Positions 63,168-64,000 of a stretch of 64,000 nt of DNA are shown here, piece by piece. Numbering within the stretch: position 1 is the stretch's first letter; every line of letters begins with the position of its first letter. This DNA comes from Octopus sinensis (lineage: Eukaryota): assembly GCF_006345805.1 (NCBI RefSeq), contig NC_043009.1, positions 63,426,001 through 63,490,000 on the forward strand, in the 5' to 3' direction. Under the pieces are notes generated by a model. It was not told where the DNA came from and did not search any database. It saw nothing but the letters and a program-made list of their open reading frames with translations. The position numbers and the translations under genes were made by a program.

Positions 63168-64000
63168 TGTATAGGAAAAAACAGTTAATTACTCGAAAGT
63201 ACAAATATAATTTCACCTGATGCGTTTGTCGCAAACAGTGAGTTAAATTTACAAGTCTGGATACACACGATATGTGTTTGTAGCAAACAGTTAAATTCTT
63301 AAACGTACAAGTTTAATTACAGCAAGCAGCTGGCGATTAAACTCAAGTGTTCTAAGTATAATTCAACACTTACTGTTAAAGCTCTTATATCATACATTCC
63401 ATTAGGAGATTAGCGTTTGTTTAAATCTGGTATTAACTACAGACGCTCTGCTCCTTCTAACACATCCAAAGTACAACAAAGAAAAGAAAATAATAAATCA
63501 GACTTTGGGAAAGAAGACGAATATTGCCTTTTCTTTTTATTTTCTTATTTTTTTTCTGTCTTGTATAACATCTGCAAAGTTAACAGAAGATGGAGAAAAA
63601 TAATTGCTACTATCATATGATCTGGTCACGTGTTAAGAGAGATCTAAGCTACCATGACTGCGAGGTCAATAAGAAATGAATTGCTAATTAAGAGGCTTCG
63701 CTAACTAATCACATGTCTGTCTTTTCGTCTTCCAATGCCCTTAATACAGTTTCTGCTTGATCTCTCAAGTCTTTTGACCACGATGCAATTAAACAGTCAT
63801 ACGTCATGTTAAAGAAAATTAGCAATTGACCGATGAAGATCTTAGTTGAACTGGGCGTAAATTAGACGATTCCAAGTTTAGAAAACAATCAATAATTGTT
63901 GCTTGATGGGGGAAAGCTAATTATTCAACTTCAATAGGATACAAATTCGACAACGAATTAACCAAATTTGCATCAGGGATTTGCTTTTAATTAGATTTCA

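Overview
AT-rich, repeat-saturated eukaryotic DNA. The SINE families and microsatellite load suggest a coleoid cephalopod (Octopus-like); this is an inference. There is one 100-N scaffold gap (42035-42134). Small homopolymer indels between otherwise identical repeat arms suggest an error-prone long-read assembly. Most of the window is made of: (i) three tRNA-derived SINE families, here called A, B and C, often nested, multimeric or flanked by target-site duplications; (ii) degenerate non-LTR retrotransposon fragments (RTE, R4/Dong, Tx1/L1, CR1, I/R1-like); (iii) foldback/MITE-like elements, including a 773-bp near-perfect palindrome; (iv) very long simple and compound microsatellites, which explain nearly all ORFs in the supplied track. 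No complete gene can be called with confidence. The best candidate is a spliced plus-strand ORF (3354-7851) whose peptides loosely resemble the ApeC (apextrin C-terminal) domain. A competing minus-strand exon chain overlaps it. The most notable non-coding signals are two minimal type-I hammerhead-ribozyme-like motifs about 730 nt apart (26957-27023, 27705-27752), a third tandem hammerhead-like array (46835-47235), and heterogeneous SINE multimers bounded by a single TSD.
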